Source: Rhina ancylostomus
Taxonomy: Eukaryota
Length of the DNA stretch: 61,851 nucleotides
NCBI GenBank assembly: GCA_030265395.1
Contig: JARFYF010000052.1
Location: forward strand, 123,742,484-123,804,334
Reading direction: 5' to 3'
Positions 1 to 11,817 of this stretch are shown here, in pieces. Position numbers and translations under genes: made by a program. Below the pieces are notes generated by a model. It was not told where the DNA came from. It searched no databases and saw only the letters and a list, made by a program, of their open reading frames with translations. Position 1 is the first letter of the stretch, and every line of letters begins with the position of its first letter.

Positions 1-420
1 GGGAATATGGTGATTTTGAGAGAGATGCCTCCGAGATGCGTGCCTTCTTCCTAAACTGTGCCTCCCCTTTGCCATCAGTTCCTCCATTCCTATCTTATCT
101 ATACCGATGACGAACCTTTCCATGGCAGCCTCTGAAATGTTTTCCTTATTCCTGAACTGTGCCTTCTCTCTTACCGTAGCTGACCCTTTTCTGACTGGAT
201 TTCTCTGTCTCCATCTTGGGAAATAGATCAGTGACAAACATCCACCACAAGCCATCTCAATTAACTTCCACCCAGCCTCTTGCAAGGACTCCATTCTATT
301 CTCCCAGTTTTTCAGATCTGCTCCATTGACACGTGTCTCTGAGATATTCTCCTTTGTCCTGAATCTTTCTGATAACTGCTTAAAAAAAACCTCAAGTTCC
401 ACAAACCATAGCTTTCTCTC
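1..420 (+). mobile_element. Penelope-like element RT C-terminal fragment (decayed)
   Basis: cacccagcctcttgcaaggactccattctattctcccagttt (~269-310) resembles the HP..CKDSIPFSQF motif of vertebrate Penelope-like RTs; frameshifted. Confidence 0.55.
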
Positions 421-429
421 TACCATAGT

Positions 430-2400
430 TTAGCCCAATGAAGAAGTCTGAATTTGAGTGGTCTTTGCAAAACCCAAACTAGGCATCAGTTAGCAGGTTT
501 TTGGTGAACATGCCATTTGATAGCACTGTCAATGGCAGCATCCATCACTTTGCTGATGATTTGAGAACATACTGAGCATATTTATCCTGCTTTTTGTGAA
601 CATGACATACAGTATTTGGACTATTTACCACATATTAAGTAGATTCTAGCTTTGTAACTGTACTGGAACAGCTAGGCTAGAGGCAGAACTAGTACTGGAA
701 TGCAAGTCTTCACTACTACAGCTGAGATGGTCCCATAGCCTTTGCTGTATGCAGTGCTTAGTTTCTTGGAGCCACATAAAGTGAATCAAATTGGCTGGAG
801 TTTGGCTTCTCCAATGTGGGGATCATAGGAAAAGCCAAGACGTACCATCTAATCAGAACATTTGTCTCAACATAATTGCAAATACTTCAGCCTTTTCTTT
901 AGCACTCACACAGTGGGCCCCACCATTGTTTTAGCAGCACAGTGGCACTGCAGATTCTGCAGCTGCCTTGAAACTCCAATGACCTGGGTTCAATTCTGAC
1001 TTCCAATTCCATCTGTGTTAAGTTTTCAGGTTCTTCCTGTGTCTGAGTGAGTTTCCTCTGGGTGTTCCAGTTTCCTCCTACACCTCAACATTGTGCTGGT
1101 TGTTAGGTGAATTGGTCACTGCACATTATCCCTAGTGTAGGCAGGTGTGAGGAGAATTTGATGGGATGGAGGGGAGGAATGGCATAGGTTAGGAATGTTA
1201 AGCAGCATGTGTGCGAGGATAGATTACAGGGAAATAAAATGCAGAATGGGATTGATCTGACAGCTGGCACCTTCGATTGGCCAAATGGCCTCCCTCTATG
1301 TTGTAAGGAAACATGGAAAAAGGGTGGGAATATCCTTGGAGCCTTCTCTCCCTGTTACCTGTTTCACTGACCACCAACATTCACAACTGTATAGAGTAGG
1401 ACTACAGAGCTTCAATCCACAGGTTGTGAGATTACTTAGCTCTGTTTTTGCTGTTTAGTACACAGTAGTCTAGTATTGTATCTTCCCTAGTCAGGCACCT
1501 CATTTTTATGTATGCCTAGTGTTACTCCCAGCATGCCCTTCTGCAGGTTTTATCATCCGGCTTAATAGTAATAACTAAGTCAGGGATATTCAACTCCATG
1601 AGGCTACAAATTGTGGTTATATACAGTTCTGCTGCTGATAATCTGCAGGGCCCCATGGATACCCAATTTTCGGCTGCCAGATTTGTTCTAAGTGTATGCC
1701 ATTTAGTATGTTTATGTTGCCACAAAATATCTTGGGGGGTGTTCTATATGCAGGTGGCACTTTACCTCTGTGATGACTATGCAGTGGTCATTTCTACCAA
1801 TGGTATCATGTACAAAAGCATCTCACATAGGTAGATTGGTGAGGACAAAGTCAAGGAGGTTTATCCTCATGTTGGTTTACTCACTACCTGCCAAAGATCC
1901 ATTCCAGCTATGTTCTTCAGGACCCAGCCAATGGTCAGCCACTGTGGGTAATGGTCAATGAAGTCCACTATCCATTGACCTTAGTGTGTCCTCAGTACTT
2001 TCAGGACCTCTTCCAATTGTTATTCAATACAGAGGAACATTGATTCATCATTTGAGGGAGGATGTAGGTGATACTTAGGCAGAGGTTTGCTTGCTCATGT
2101 TTGTCATTGTTGAGGTCTCCAATAACTGTTCCTTCCCACCTGCACAACCACTGTCCACTGTGCTACTGCCTCTTGTGAATTTATCCTGCCAGTGGGACAA
2201 GACACAACTAGGGAGAGTGATGGAGGACTCTAGCACGTTGTTTGTAAGGTATGATTTTGTAAGACAGTGTAGGCTGTTGCTCAACTAGTTTGTGAGAAAG
2301 CTCTTTCCCAATTTTGACAGCAGTCCTCACATATTTCTGAAGAGGATTCTGCAAGGTTGAACAGACTGGGAGTGACTTTCCCCATTCAAATTGGGTGCCT
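430..2400 (-). mobile_element. Decayed LINE (CR1/L2-group) ORF2: APE endonuclease and start of RT, interrupted by a SINE at ~933-1310
   Basis: Reverse complement near 541-560 encodes IISKVM (PISLLS..SKVME RT motif). ORF-track peptides ELSHKLVEQQP and LTKSYL...HWQDKFTRG resemble an APE N-terminus. Confidence 0.7.
933..1310 (+). mobile_element. tRNA-derived V-SINE (HE1-like)
   Basis: Head agcacagtgg...gggttcaattc (A/B boxes), V-domain gtttcctctgggtgttccagtttcctcc, LINE-type tail ggccaaatggcctcc. Confidence 0.8.
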
Positions 2401-2454
2401 AGGTCAATATTGGGTGTTCTGTCTAGTTTTATTCCTTGTCTGTTTGAACACACA

Positions 2455-2745
2455 GATACTTGTACAACTGAGTGGCTTGCTAGGTCACCTCCAAGAGCAT
2501 TTAAATGTCAACCACATATGGCAAATCTGGAGGCGCATGTCAGCCAGACCAGATAAGAATGGCAGATCTGCTTCCTGAAGGATATAATGTGAACCAGATA
2601 GGTTTTTGGGTTCCATGGTCATCAGTGCTAAGATTTGTTGTTTTATAAGAACTAGTCTGAGCAATGATTGTTAACTGAATTTAAATTCCACAGCTGCTGT
2701 GGTGGGATTCGATCTTGGATCCCTGGATTCCTAACCTCTCCTGTA
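2455..2745 (-). mobile_element. tRNA-SINE-like head abutting the 5' end of the LINE
   Basis: The minus strand has a B-box-like GATCGAATCC (2705-2714) followed by a SINE-like body (gaccatgg...ctggttcac...gcaagccactcagtt). Confidence 0.6.
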
Positions 2746-3720
2746 TGGTTTGGCTCTGATATTTAAGATTATAAGCTGAGACTTTAACATCGATAATAGG
2801 GACAGTAATGAATCCTGGCCAATAAAAGAAACATTAAAGCAGATGATTAAAACTTTGGTCAGAGACAGAAGTGCCTGAAGGAGGAAAGCAAGGAAAAGAG
2901 GAGAAGGGCACATGGAAGGTGACACAGCAATTAAATTTGAGGGTGTCATTAGTACAGAATGGAAGAACATATATACTACATATAGTTACGGGGCAGGAAA
3001 TTACAAAGAAAGGGAAGGACACGACTATGGAGCAAGTCAAAAACAAGAATGATATTTTAAACTCAAAGAGTTTAAAAATGAAGACCTATCGAGGGTTGAA
3101 AAAGGTCAGACTATCCGGGATTGTAGAGGAATAGTCGTCCAGAAGGAAACACATGGAGGACTTCAGCAACAGGAGGCATTCAAACAAAGGGAAAATTAGG
3201 ATTAAAAAGATATTGGTTTGTGGAACTTGAGGTTTTTTTTAAGCAGTTATCAGAATGGACTACTTCTGATCCAATGTTCTACAAATCTTTAATGTTGATG
3301 CTGTGCCATGCTGACATGTCTGTTTTCATTTGCAGAAAGAACATACATTCTATACTGGATCAACAAATAAACCGTGCATGTTTATTCATCAGCATCTTGG
3401 TTTGAAAACTCCTAAAGGCTTTGGAATTTTGCATATGCAGATTGTTGGAAATCAAAAAAAGCACTAGTACACAATGGTGGGGACACAATTATTTTGTGAA
3501 AACTATTAAAATCAAGCACAAATACAAGTTCAATATAGGTTTACAATGTCAATCTGTAATATTGTTCTAAAATTTCACTCAAATTTAAACATATACAATT
3601 CTAAATCTTTTTAAGTAGTTGAAGATTCACACGAGTGAAACATTTTCCTCTGGAATTGCAACTTTATCTTTCAGTCTCAAAATTCAAGCAAAAGTGCCAG
3701 AACTTGGCCCTGCTGTGTTA

Positions 3721-3905
3721 GAGGGAGTATGGGAACTGGGCACCCGATGATTGGAAAGAGAGGAGGAGAACAGGATGCCTGGTGAATGGAAAGGGAGCAT
3801 GTGAACAAGAGCTCTGGTAAGTGGAAAGGGAGCACAGGAACTAGAGCCCGATGAGTGGAAAGGGAGTATGGGAACTGGGGGTCCAATGAGTGGAAGGGGA
3901 CAAGA
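3721..3905. repeat. Degenerate ~33-35 bp minisatellite, about 5 copies
   Basis: Recurring unit tggaaagggagyatgggaactgg...gatgag. Confidence 0.75.
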
Positions 3906-3959
3906 GGTTTTTTTGAGTTTCTTCCATCCCCTTGTAAGAATATACTAATCACATCATTT

Positions 3960-4350
3960 ATGTAAGAAAGAAGGAATTACATTTATATTGCACCTTTGAC
4001 AATCTCAGAATACCTCAAAGCACTTTTAAAGCAAATGAAGTTCTCTTGAAACAGGGTAGTTAATGTATGCACAAGGTTCCACAAAGAGCAATACTTATAT
4101 ATCCCATTTTGAGTTAGTTGAGCGATAATAACATTGACCAAAATGCCAGATGTACTCCCCCTGCTCTTTTTTGAAACAGAGTCATGGAACAGCAAGCAGG
4201 GCTTCAGTTTAACATCTCATTTGAAAGATGCCACCACTTTCTCAATACAGCACTGGTGCACCAGCCAAGAGTTTCGTATCTGTGTCTTTGGGGTGGACTT
4301 GAGCCCATAACCTGCTAATTCAAAAGGCAAAACGCTTTCCAACTAAGCCA
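3960..4350 (-). mobile_element. DeuSINE (SacSINE1/AmnSINE1-like Deu domain)
   Basis: The minus strand contains tctttcaaatgagatgttaaactgaagcc...aagagcaggggag (Deu domain), a tRNA-like head and an L2-type tail. Confidence 0.7.
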
Positions 4351-4404
4351 TAATTTGCATAACCNNNNNNNNNNTCACAGAAGAAAGTATTCATGGAAAC
4401 CAGG

Positions 4405-4960
4405 GAAAATAGGAACAGAAGTAGGCCATTAGATCCTTTCAGCTTGCTCCACCATTTAATGTGATCACATATGATCCTCTATCAGAATACCAATCCCATA
4501 TTGCCACACTTTCCACAAATCCCTTGATGCCTAAAAATCCATCTGCTTCTTAAACATCTTCAGCAACTTGTTGTCCACCATCTGTGGTAGAGGATTCTCA
4601 AGGTCACTACCCTTTCAATGAAGCACTTTCATCTCAGTCTTAAATGCCTTTTTGTATCTAAGACTGGGACCCCTCAGTCTAACGCCTGCCTGTCTCCCAG
4701 CCAGGGGAACATCTTCCCTGAATCTAGTCTGTCAGAATTTTACATGGTTCAATGAGAACCTCTCTCATTCTTCTAAGCCTGAGTGAATACAGATCTAACT
4801 GACCCAATACCTCCTCATACATCCTGCCATCCCATGAACAAGTCTGGGTTGATCTTTGTTGCACTCTCTTTGGCAAGTGTATTCTTCCTTAAGTTAGGAG
4901 AGCAAAACTGCATATAATANNNNNNNNNNCAGATGTGACCTCTCCAAGGTCCAATAAAAC
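4405..4960 (-). mobile_element. CR1 LINE 3' fragment
   Basis: Reverse-oriented CR1 tail (aataggaacagaagtaggccatt...) followed by decayed ORF2 3' sequence. Confidence 0.7.
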
Positions 4961-6141
4961 TGAATTCAATAGGTTAATCATTTAGCTTCAACAATAAAAA
5001 CAGTATTCAGTGCTCTTCAAGGTTCTCAAAAATGTTTAATTTATAAAAACAAATATCATCAAGTAAGATAAGCTTCCATGTTTTAATTTAAGCTGAGTCA
5101 TCTCATTTGAGCTGGTATCCCCAAGGAAGGACTTTAAATCTCTAGCAAAAGGAATAGGAAAGGACATGGGGGACAAAAGACAAGAACAGGATCATCATTC
5201 CCTGTCGTTGCTCAAGTAAAAGAGTTTGACACAATAGATGAGTGAAACCTATGTGGACATCATCAGCAGGTATTAAATTGTGTTCCAATGAGGAGTTAAT
5301 ACCTTTCTCAGTTTTACAGGTTATTTCTTTTTAAAATTGCATGTATTATTGTGTATCACTGTTTCATTCAATGGATTCCTTTGCCATTTCTAATAGGATT
5401 GCAAAGATCAGCTGTGTTCATTCATTAATTTGCTTCCTACTCTGAACTAAAATCATTCTACAGATCATACCTTTACATTCATATCACCACAAACAAGTTT
5501 CCAATATTAGCTGCTATCAATATATGATGTGTGCCAGGCTTTTTAACATCTTGTATAAATAGATTGTAAAATGTACAACCTAGAAAAGAATGTAAATCAT
5601 GTTGCAGCATCAGATAAAATGCTCCAATTGCAAATCATGCTTTTCTCCGACTTTTCACAATCAAAAGCATAATCTATGAGTAATCTCTCCTGAAGGTAAA
5701 TGATAACTAATGCTGGTTCAATTCAAAACAAATTCTCAAGAGGACACAGTCAGTCACATCTGTGAATGATTGACATATCACAAGCTCCATTTACATTACC
5801 AACACAAAAAGCACTGTCAATCAATAATTTAATTTCCTGCTAGATTACAGGTTCTATAATAAATACTGGTGAAATGTTATGCTCTAGTGTGATCCATTAT
5901 GAACAGAAATTATACTGCCAGATTCAAAATTAAGTCCCAAGGAGGACAGTGATATGATCCAATAAGCTACCTAATTTCTTACAAAGAGCAATTTTCAACT
6001 TAATTGAAAAAAAAATTTACAACAATTCATGATATTCCCTTGATATCAAACCAGGGTTTTCACCTTCACATAAATTAGAACCTGGTAATTCACACATGTA
6101 TACTTCTTCTTATCACAAATGAAAAATGTTTATCTGTTTTG

Positions 6142-6155
6142 ATATCTATAGCAAC
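6142..6155 (+). promoter_or_regulatory. RFX X-box-like site upstream of the Arp-T gene
   Basis: ATATCTATAGCAAC has a strong TAGCAAC half-site about 210 bp 5' of the ATG. Confidence 0.3.
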
Positions 6156-6362
6156 GAGTCATAGGTCACAGAAAGATCAGATATTATGAAGTAGCTCTAA
6201 TCACTGGTCACATAGCTACCAATTGTACAGTCATCAGTGATCAATGCTGCTAAAGGTCCTTGGCTCTAGTTGCATTAGAGTGTATTTACTTGTCCAGAAG
6301 AGGCAAGTTATCTACAGTAAAGATTTGTTAATCAAGTAACAAGATTACCTGCACATGAAATA

Positions 6363-7478
6363 ATGGATTGTTCCGAAGTAATTATAGATAATGGTTCTGG
6401 GCTCTGCAAATCTGGGTTAGCTGGTGACAGCTTTCCAACATCGGTAATACCATCAATTGTCGGTATGTTCAAAGTCAAGGGAAACTTGCGTGAAGCTTGC
6501 CAAACAGAAATTTATTTTGGAAAAATGGCTCAAGTTAAGAGAGGCAATGCATCTTTAAAATACCCTATTGAACGTGGCATAGTAACTTCTTGGGAGCACT
6601 TAGAGAAACTCTGGAAGCACATTTATACATCTGAGCTTCACATCAAATCAAAAGAAAAACCAGTTCTGATAACTACTGCTCCACTGACTTCTTTCTTTCA
6701 CAGGGAGAAGATGACAGAAATCATGTTTGAAAGCCTGAATGTGCCAGCAATGTATATGGCTATCCCTGCAACTCTGGCACTCTATGCATCAGGACGCACA
6801 CGGGGAATAGTCCTAGACAGTGGCTTTGGATTAACTGATGCTGTACCCATTTATGAAGGCTACTACTTGCCTGATGCTGTTAAAAGACTTAAGTTGGCAG
6901 GAAATGATATCACAGAAAATATCAGGAAACTCTTACATGAAAGTGGACATAATATTCCAAATACAATCCCTAAAGAAACCTTTGAAAACATTAAGGAAAC
7001 ATTGTGTTATGTTGCTCTTGACCCCAAACTGGAGGCTAAAAATCAGACAGACAATCTGCAACAGGAGTACACACTCCCCGATGGGAGTCTGATCACAATC
7101 CAAAAGGAGCTATTCAAAGCACCAGAACTACTTTTCACAACAACCAGTGTATGTTTAGAAGAACCCGGGATCCATAAATTGATCTACAACAGTATTTTAA
7201 GATGCGACAGATGCCTGAGGAAAGATCTATTTAGCAACATAATACTCTCAGGTGGTTCTACACTTTTCCCGGGTCTGGAAGAAAGATTGCTCAAGGAGAT
7301 TAAGTGTCAAGTACCCAGTAGAATACAAGTCAATGTCTTTGCCCCACCCAACAGGAATTATTCTGTTTGGATTGGTGCTTCAATTTTAACTAGATTGACA
7401 GCATTTAAGGATATGTGGGTCACTAGTAGTGATTATAGAGAATATGGGCCAACCATAATTAACAAAAGGTGTTTTTAA
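6363..7478 (+). CDS. Intronless actin-related protein, Arp-T (ACTRT1/2/3-like) family, 371 aa
   Basis: Uninterrupted ORF colinear with actin: DNGSGLCK, YPIERG, LYASG, DSGxG, PIYEG, IKExLCYVAL, LPDG, SGGSTLFPG, SVWIGASI, C-terminal RCF. EKLWKH, YPIERG, AGxDITE and FKxMWVTS resemble ACTRT proteins as I recall them. Exact orthology is not resolved. Confidence 0.93.
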   Translation: MDCSEVIIDNGSGLCKSGLAGDSFPTSVIPSIVGMFKVKGNLREACQTEIYFGKMAQVKRGNASLKYPIERGIVTSWEHLEKLWKHIYTSELHIKSKEKPVLITTAPLTSFFHREKMTEIMFESLNVPAMYMAIPATLALYASGRTRGIVLDSGFGLTDAVPIYEGYYLPDAVKRLKLAGNDITENIRKLLHESGHNIPNTIPKETFENIKETLCYVALDPKLEAKNQTDNLQQEYTLPDGSLITIQKELFKAPELLFTTTSVCLEEPGIHKLIYNSILRCDRCLRKDLFSNIILSGGSTLFPGLEERLLKEIKCQVPSRIQVNVFAPPNRNYSVWIGASILTRLTAFKDMWVTSSDYREYGPTIINKRCF

Positions 7479-7481
7479 AGA

Positions 7482-7532
7482 ATTAAATGATTGATTAAAT
7501 TTTGCCTGCATAAGATCAAATTCATTAATAAA
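7482..7532 (+). terminator. Polyadenylation signals for the Arp-T gene
   Basis: ATTAAA at 7482 and 7494, and AATAAA at 7527-7532, just after the stop codon. Confidence 0.5.
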
Positions 7533-7619
7533 TAGTCCAAAATCAACAACAACTGTGTTTGATGGTCAAACTGGAAGAACTAAAGAGAGTTTGTCAATGA
7601 ATACAATTTAACAGTACAT

Positions 7620-8012
7620 GCAGTTTTCTTTTAGGTGCCCAGGATACCCAACAAACCCAGCCCCAACAAATGCTTTGCAGATTTATAGTCCAGGTGGTGT
7701 GCAACCAGCAAGTGTAAAATTGCCTTTTCTAAAACCTTCTTGAACAAGACACTCTTTTTGAGAAGTTCTTTTTGAGAAGTTGGGGTCGTCCAAGATGATT
7801 GCTTGGCACTGTTAGCAATTCTATAGCTGGAACAGAAGCATATCAAGAATACTTTTTTAAAAAAAATCTTACATTTCTTTTAACAATCTAATAAACTAAT
7901 TCATTATTATTGAAGCCTCAGAGATCCCCCTATAATCTTTGTCTGAGCCCATACCCACCAAAAAATTGCCCCATTGGGATGGGGCACACACACGGGGTTT
8001 TGGAACCACTGA
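7620..8012. mobile_element. Possible hAT-Charlie-like MITE remnant
   Basis: Right end ggttttggaaccactg resembles a Charlie-type terminal inverted repeat; the left end is unclear. Confidence 0.3.
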
Positions 8013-8079
8013 TGCACAGCTAACAATTACATTTCCATTATTTATATTGGATTCTATTTACATATTTATAAAACAAAAT

Positions 8080-9540
8080 TGACACCATCTATTCTTCCAG
8101 ACAACTAAACCATATCCAGCCTCAGTTTTCTCACCAAAATTAGGGAACACATTATCATCTCCCAAGTCTACACCTACCTTTACCACAGCTCTGTTCAAAC
8201 TTCTCCTATCACATTACTACCCTTACTAAAACTGAAGTCACTGATGATATCTCCTCAATCATGAACACTGCATCATCTGAAATGGTTGACTTCATCATTC
8301 TCCTCAAATGCTTTTTCTTTCATTATCTAGCTGAGTGTGGCTTCCCTCGCCCAGTTGCATTCTTATCTATCCAGTTGTTGCTAGAAAATCCCTGTAACAG
8401 TGTTTCTCACCACAATTACACCACCATCATCAGGGATCCTCACAGATCCTTACTGCCCACATAGTTCTTTTGCATGAGAATACTATGTCATTCAAAAATA
8501 TCATTCAAAAATCATTAACTTCCATATTTATGCTGAAATTCCCAGCAAGTACTCAAACTTTTTAGTATCCAATATCAAAGATTGTTCTGTTAAATAATCA
8601 TGAAAGGTTTGACTAGAACTATATAAAGATGAATGCAGTTGGATTTCAGGTGTGGATCAACAAGTGCCATAGATAGCTAGATATAAAATGCACCATAAGA
8701 ATGATCTCTTTTCAAATCTCAGATATAGTGTCAGAATTACAATATTTAATATTCAATATCTACAAAATGAAATCCCAAATTACAAGCAGATATGGAAACC
8801 TTCATGATCAGTTTAAATCAAAATGCTTCCCGAAATTTCTCTCTTCCATTTTTTTCCCTAAGCAAATGAAAATACTAAAATATAAAACAAAGTTTTAAAT
8901 GAAACACAAATTACATATTTTACTTCAATACCATTAAAAATTGATTGAAGTTAGCTTCTATAGTCTAGGTCTTAAAAGTCTAGATTTAGATTTTTATCTA
9001 TCCAGTCACAAAGATGGATCTTACAAAAGCATCTCTTCCCGGGTCTGCAACGTTATATCAGGAGTGTCAACACAATCTATTCTTGGTCTTGCATTTTTTT
9101 CATTTCTATGTTGCCTCTTAGCAACACCATCCAGAAACACATCATTTAAAACAGATAGGTTGACAATACCATCTTTATCTCACTATCTCGAGTGACACCC
9201 TATTTTCGTCAAGTTGTACTCAACATCATTTCTCAGATATAGCTTTTCCTCTTATCACCTGGCCACCAATTCTATCCCCATTCCAGGCACTGTTAAAACT
9301 GAATCAGACTGTTCATCATTGTTCTAACACACCATGTAACACTAAGCCTCTTGCCCCATACTCTTCATAGCACCAAGATCTCCTACTTCCTTCCTAATAC
9401 TGCCTTGACCAACAACAGCCAAAACCCTCATTTGCACTTTTGTTATCTTCAGAATCTATTATTCCAATGATCTCCTGGAGTGTTTTCCATCTTTCCATCC
9501 TCCAAAGACTAAAGTTAATCCAGAACTCATGAAATCAAAT
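8080..9540 (+). mobile_element. Old L2 LINE RT fragments (~8080-8540 and ~9190-9540)
   Basis: ttccatatttatgctga (FH.YAD-like) and ccctcatttgcacttttgttatcttcagaatctattattccaatg (LIHAFVTSRLDYSN-like). Confidence 0.55.
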
Positions 9541-11477
9541 CAAATGCAAATTTAAGTTCCATATACCCTGCACTGTTGAGCTAGCTGATCAATAGAACGA
9601 TGATACCGCAAAAGGAGGCAGATTTGCCAATAAAATCACGTGCACTTGAGTAAAAAGCTAACCAAAGATGTTTTTGAGACCCCAACAAAATCTATGTGGT
9701 TATTTTTCAAAATGATTTGTAAAAAGTAAACAATATGAATTTTGTTTTTATTCAGATAGCACTTACATTGAATGTTTTTCAAACAATGGTTATATGCACT
9801 CTCAACATGTTTCCCTAGCTAAGAGAAAAATAACATTTGTACAGATTCAGTACCATTTGCAGCTTTTTACAAACTGCAGGAAGCAAGTGAAATTGAGACA
9901 TTCAGTGGAAAGTCACAGATTTCATGACCTTCATATGACCCAAAAACTTTATTGTGGGAACAAAATGTTGTATGGCCCATATTTTCTCATCTATCAAGAA
10001 AATTATAGTCACTCCACCACAGCATCCAATTGTACCCAAGCATCACAAACATATTGCCTCATATATCCTATTTTATATATTCCAAATATGAACATCTCTG
10101 AAGAATTTCTCTTCATTTTTATAATTTTGAATTATGTTCTTTTTCTACCCCCTACTGCCAATTTTCAAATGCAATACATCACAGCACAGTCAATGTCTGC
10201 AGAGGTGTTTATTTTTTGAATCACTGAAGTCATTAATGTAAATTACAAAACTGAGAATTACCAGCCAACTGAAATACTTAAATCAAGAGCAATGTCTACT
10301 GAATCCTGCACAGAAACATCTGTTGAAATGGTCTGGACCAATTTTAATTTATAATTTGTTTTGAGCAATATTTTTTTTTAAACTGGAATTATTAACACAT
10401 GTTTTAATGTTTAAAATTGTGAACCAAGACACAAATAATTGGAAAATACAACTAACGTTCTTCTCCTTTTCCCATGTTCTACAATCTACTTTCAAATGAA
10501 TGAGCTTGCAGATCTTGTGCCATGTCTAATCTGGCAAAGGATCTGAAAGTAGATTCCTCAGTGCAAATGCTTGGGACTCTCAGCGAGGTCCTGCTCTGGA
10601 TTGCATAGGAAGAACAGCAGTGAAACACAGCAAAGAAACGGTCAGCAGAACTAGTACATATGTTTGAGACTTCTGTGTTTGCATAGAAGTTCTGAAACCT
10701 ACCAGTACTTATACTGAGAAATGCTGACAGTTCTGTGCCAAACTACTCACAAAACCAATAAAATCTGTGCCAACATGAGTAGCCACAAAGAGGAAAGATG
10801 AAAAAAAACTACTTGGAGGAAAGAATGAGTCAACATTGTGTTTAGAACATTAAAAAGAGGCTGGCTACTCAAAGGTTAAAGCACAGACCATGGCCCACTT
10901 ACTCTAAGTGGGTCCTTAATTCTCAGAATGCCACACAGATGGGAATTGTACAGCAGACAAAGACGAAATAAGATAGCACAAGTTGAAACAAAGCTTAATG
11001 CCATCCAGGAAGCACTTTCTTCAAGCCAAACTGTAGGTTTTGAACGATGAAAGGCTCACATGCTGATGATATTAAGCCTCAGGTCACCAGGGAACCTTCT
11101 CCTCCTGAAGGTTTGCTGATGTCAGAAATAATCACTGGCCACAATAAATTGTGTGGAAAATAGACCTATTCTTGGGAATTGAATTCTAAATGTGGTGNNN
11201 NNNNNNNTTTAATGAGGACTTGCAAGACTGAATGCCCCAATCGTGGCCTTTGGTAGGTATGGTGTGCACTCACCCCATACTTTACTCACCCAGCTCCCTC
11301 CTCTCTGTTTCTCCTTCAGGTCGCACTTTCTCACCTTTGCCCTACTCTCCCCTCCCTTAACTTTACACACAGTCTCCTCTTCCCACCGACAGCACAGACC
11401 ACAAGATGGATTCCAGTACAAGTACAATGAAAAAGTAAAGAAAACACACAGCTACACTTTTCTGGGCAAAAGCATCA

Positions 11478-11817
11478 GGGCAGCACAGTGGTGGATCAAT
11501 GGAGCTTCTGCCTCACAGCTCCAGTGACCCAGGTTTAATCTTGACCTCCGGTGCTGTCTGCGTGGAGTTTGCATGTTGTCCCTGTAGACTGTGTTGGTTT
11601 TCCCCCAGTTCTCCGGTTTCATCCAACATTCCAAGGATGTGTGGGTTGGTGGGTCACGATAACTTACCTCTGCTGTGATGGTGAGCAGCAGAATCTGGGA
11701 GAAATTCACAGGAATGTGGAGAGAAGAAAATGGGATCAGTGTAAATAGGTGCTTGATGGTCAATGTGGACCGGGTGGGCCAGAGGACTTGTTCCTTTCTC
11801 CACTGTTTGACTCCATC
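11478..11817 (+). mobile_element. V-SINE (HE1-like), near full length
   Basis: gggcagcacagtgg head, V-domain gtggagtttgcatgtt...ctccggtttc, tail gtgggccagaggac...gactccat. Confidence 0.85.

Noticed and set aside
3721-3905. CRISPR-like array
   Set aside because: Vertebrate DNA, degenerate contiguous units, no unique spacers and no cas genes.
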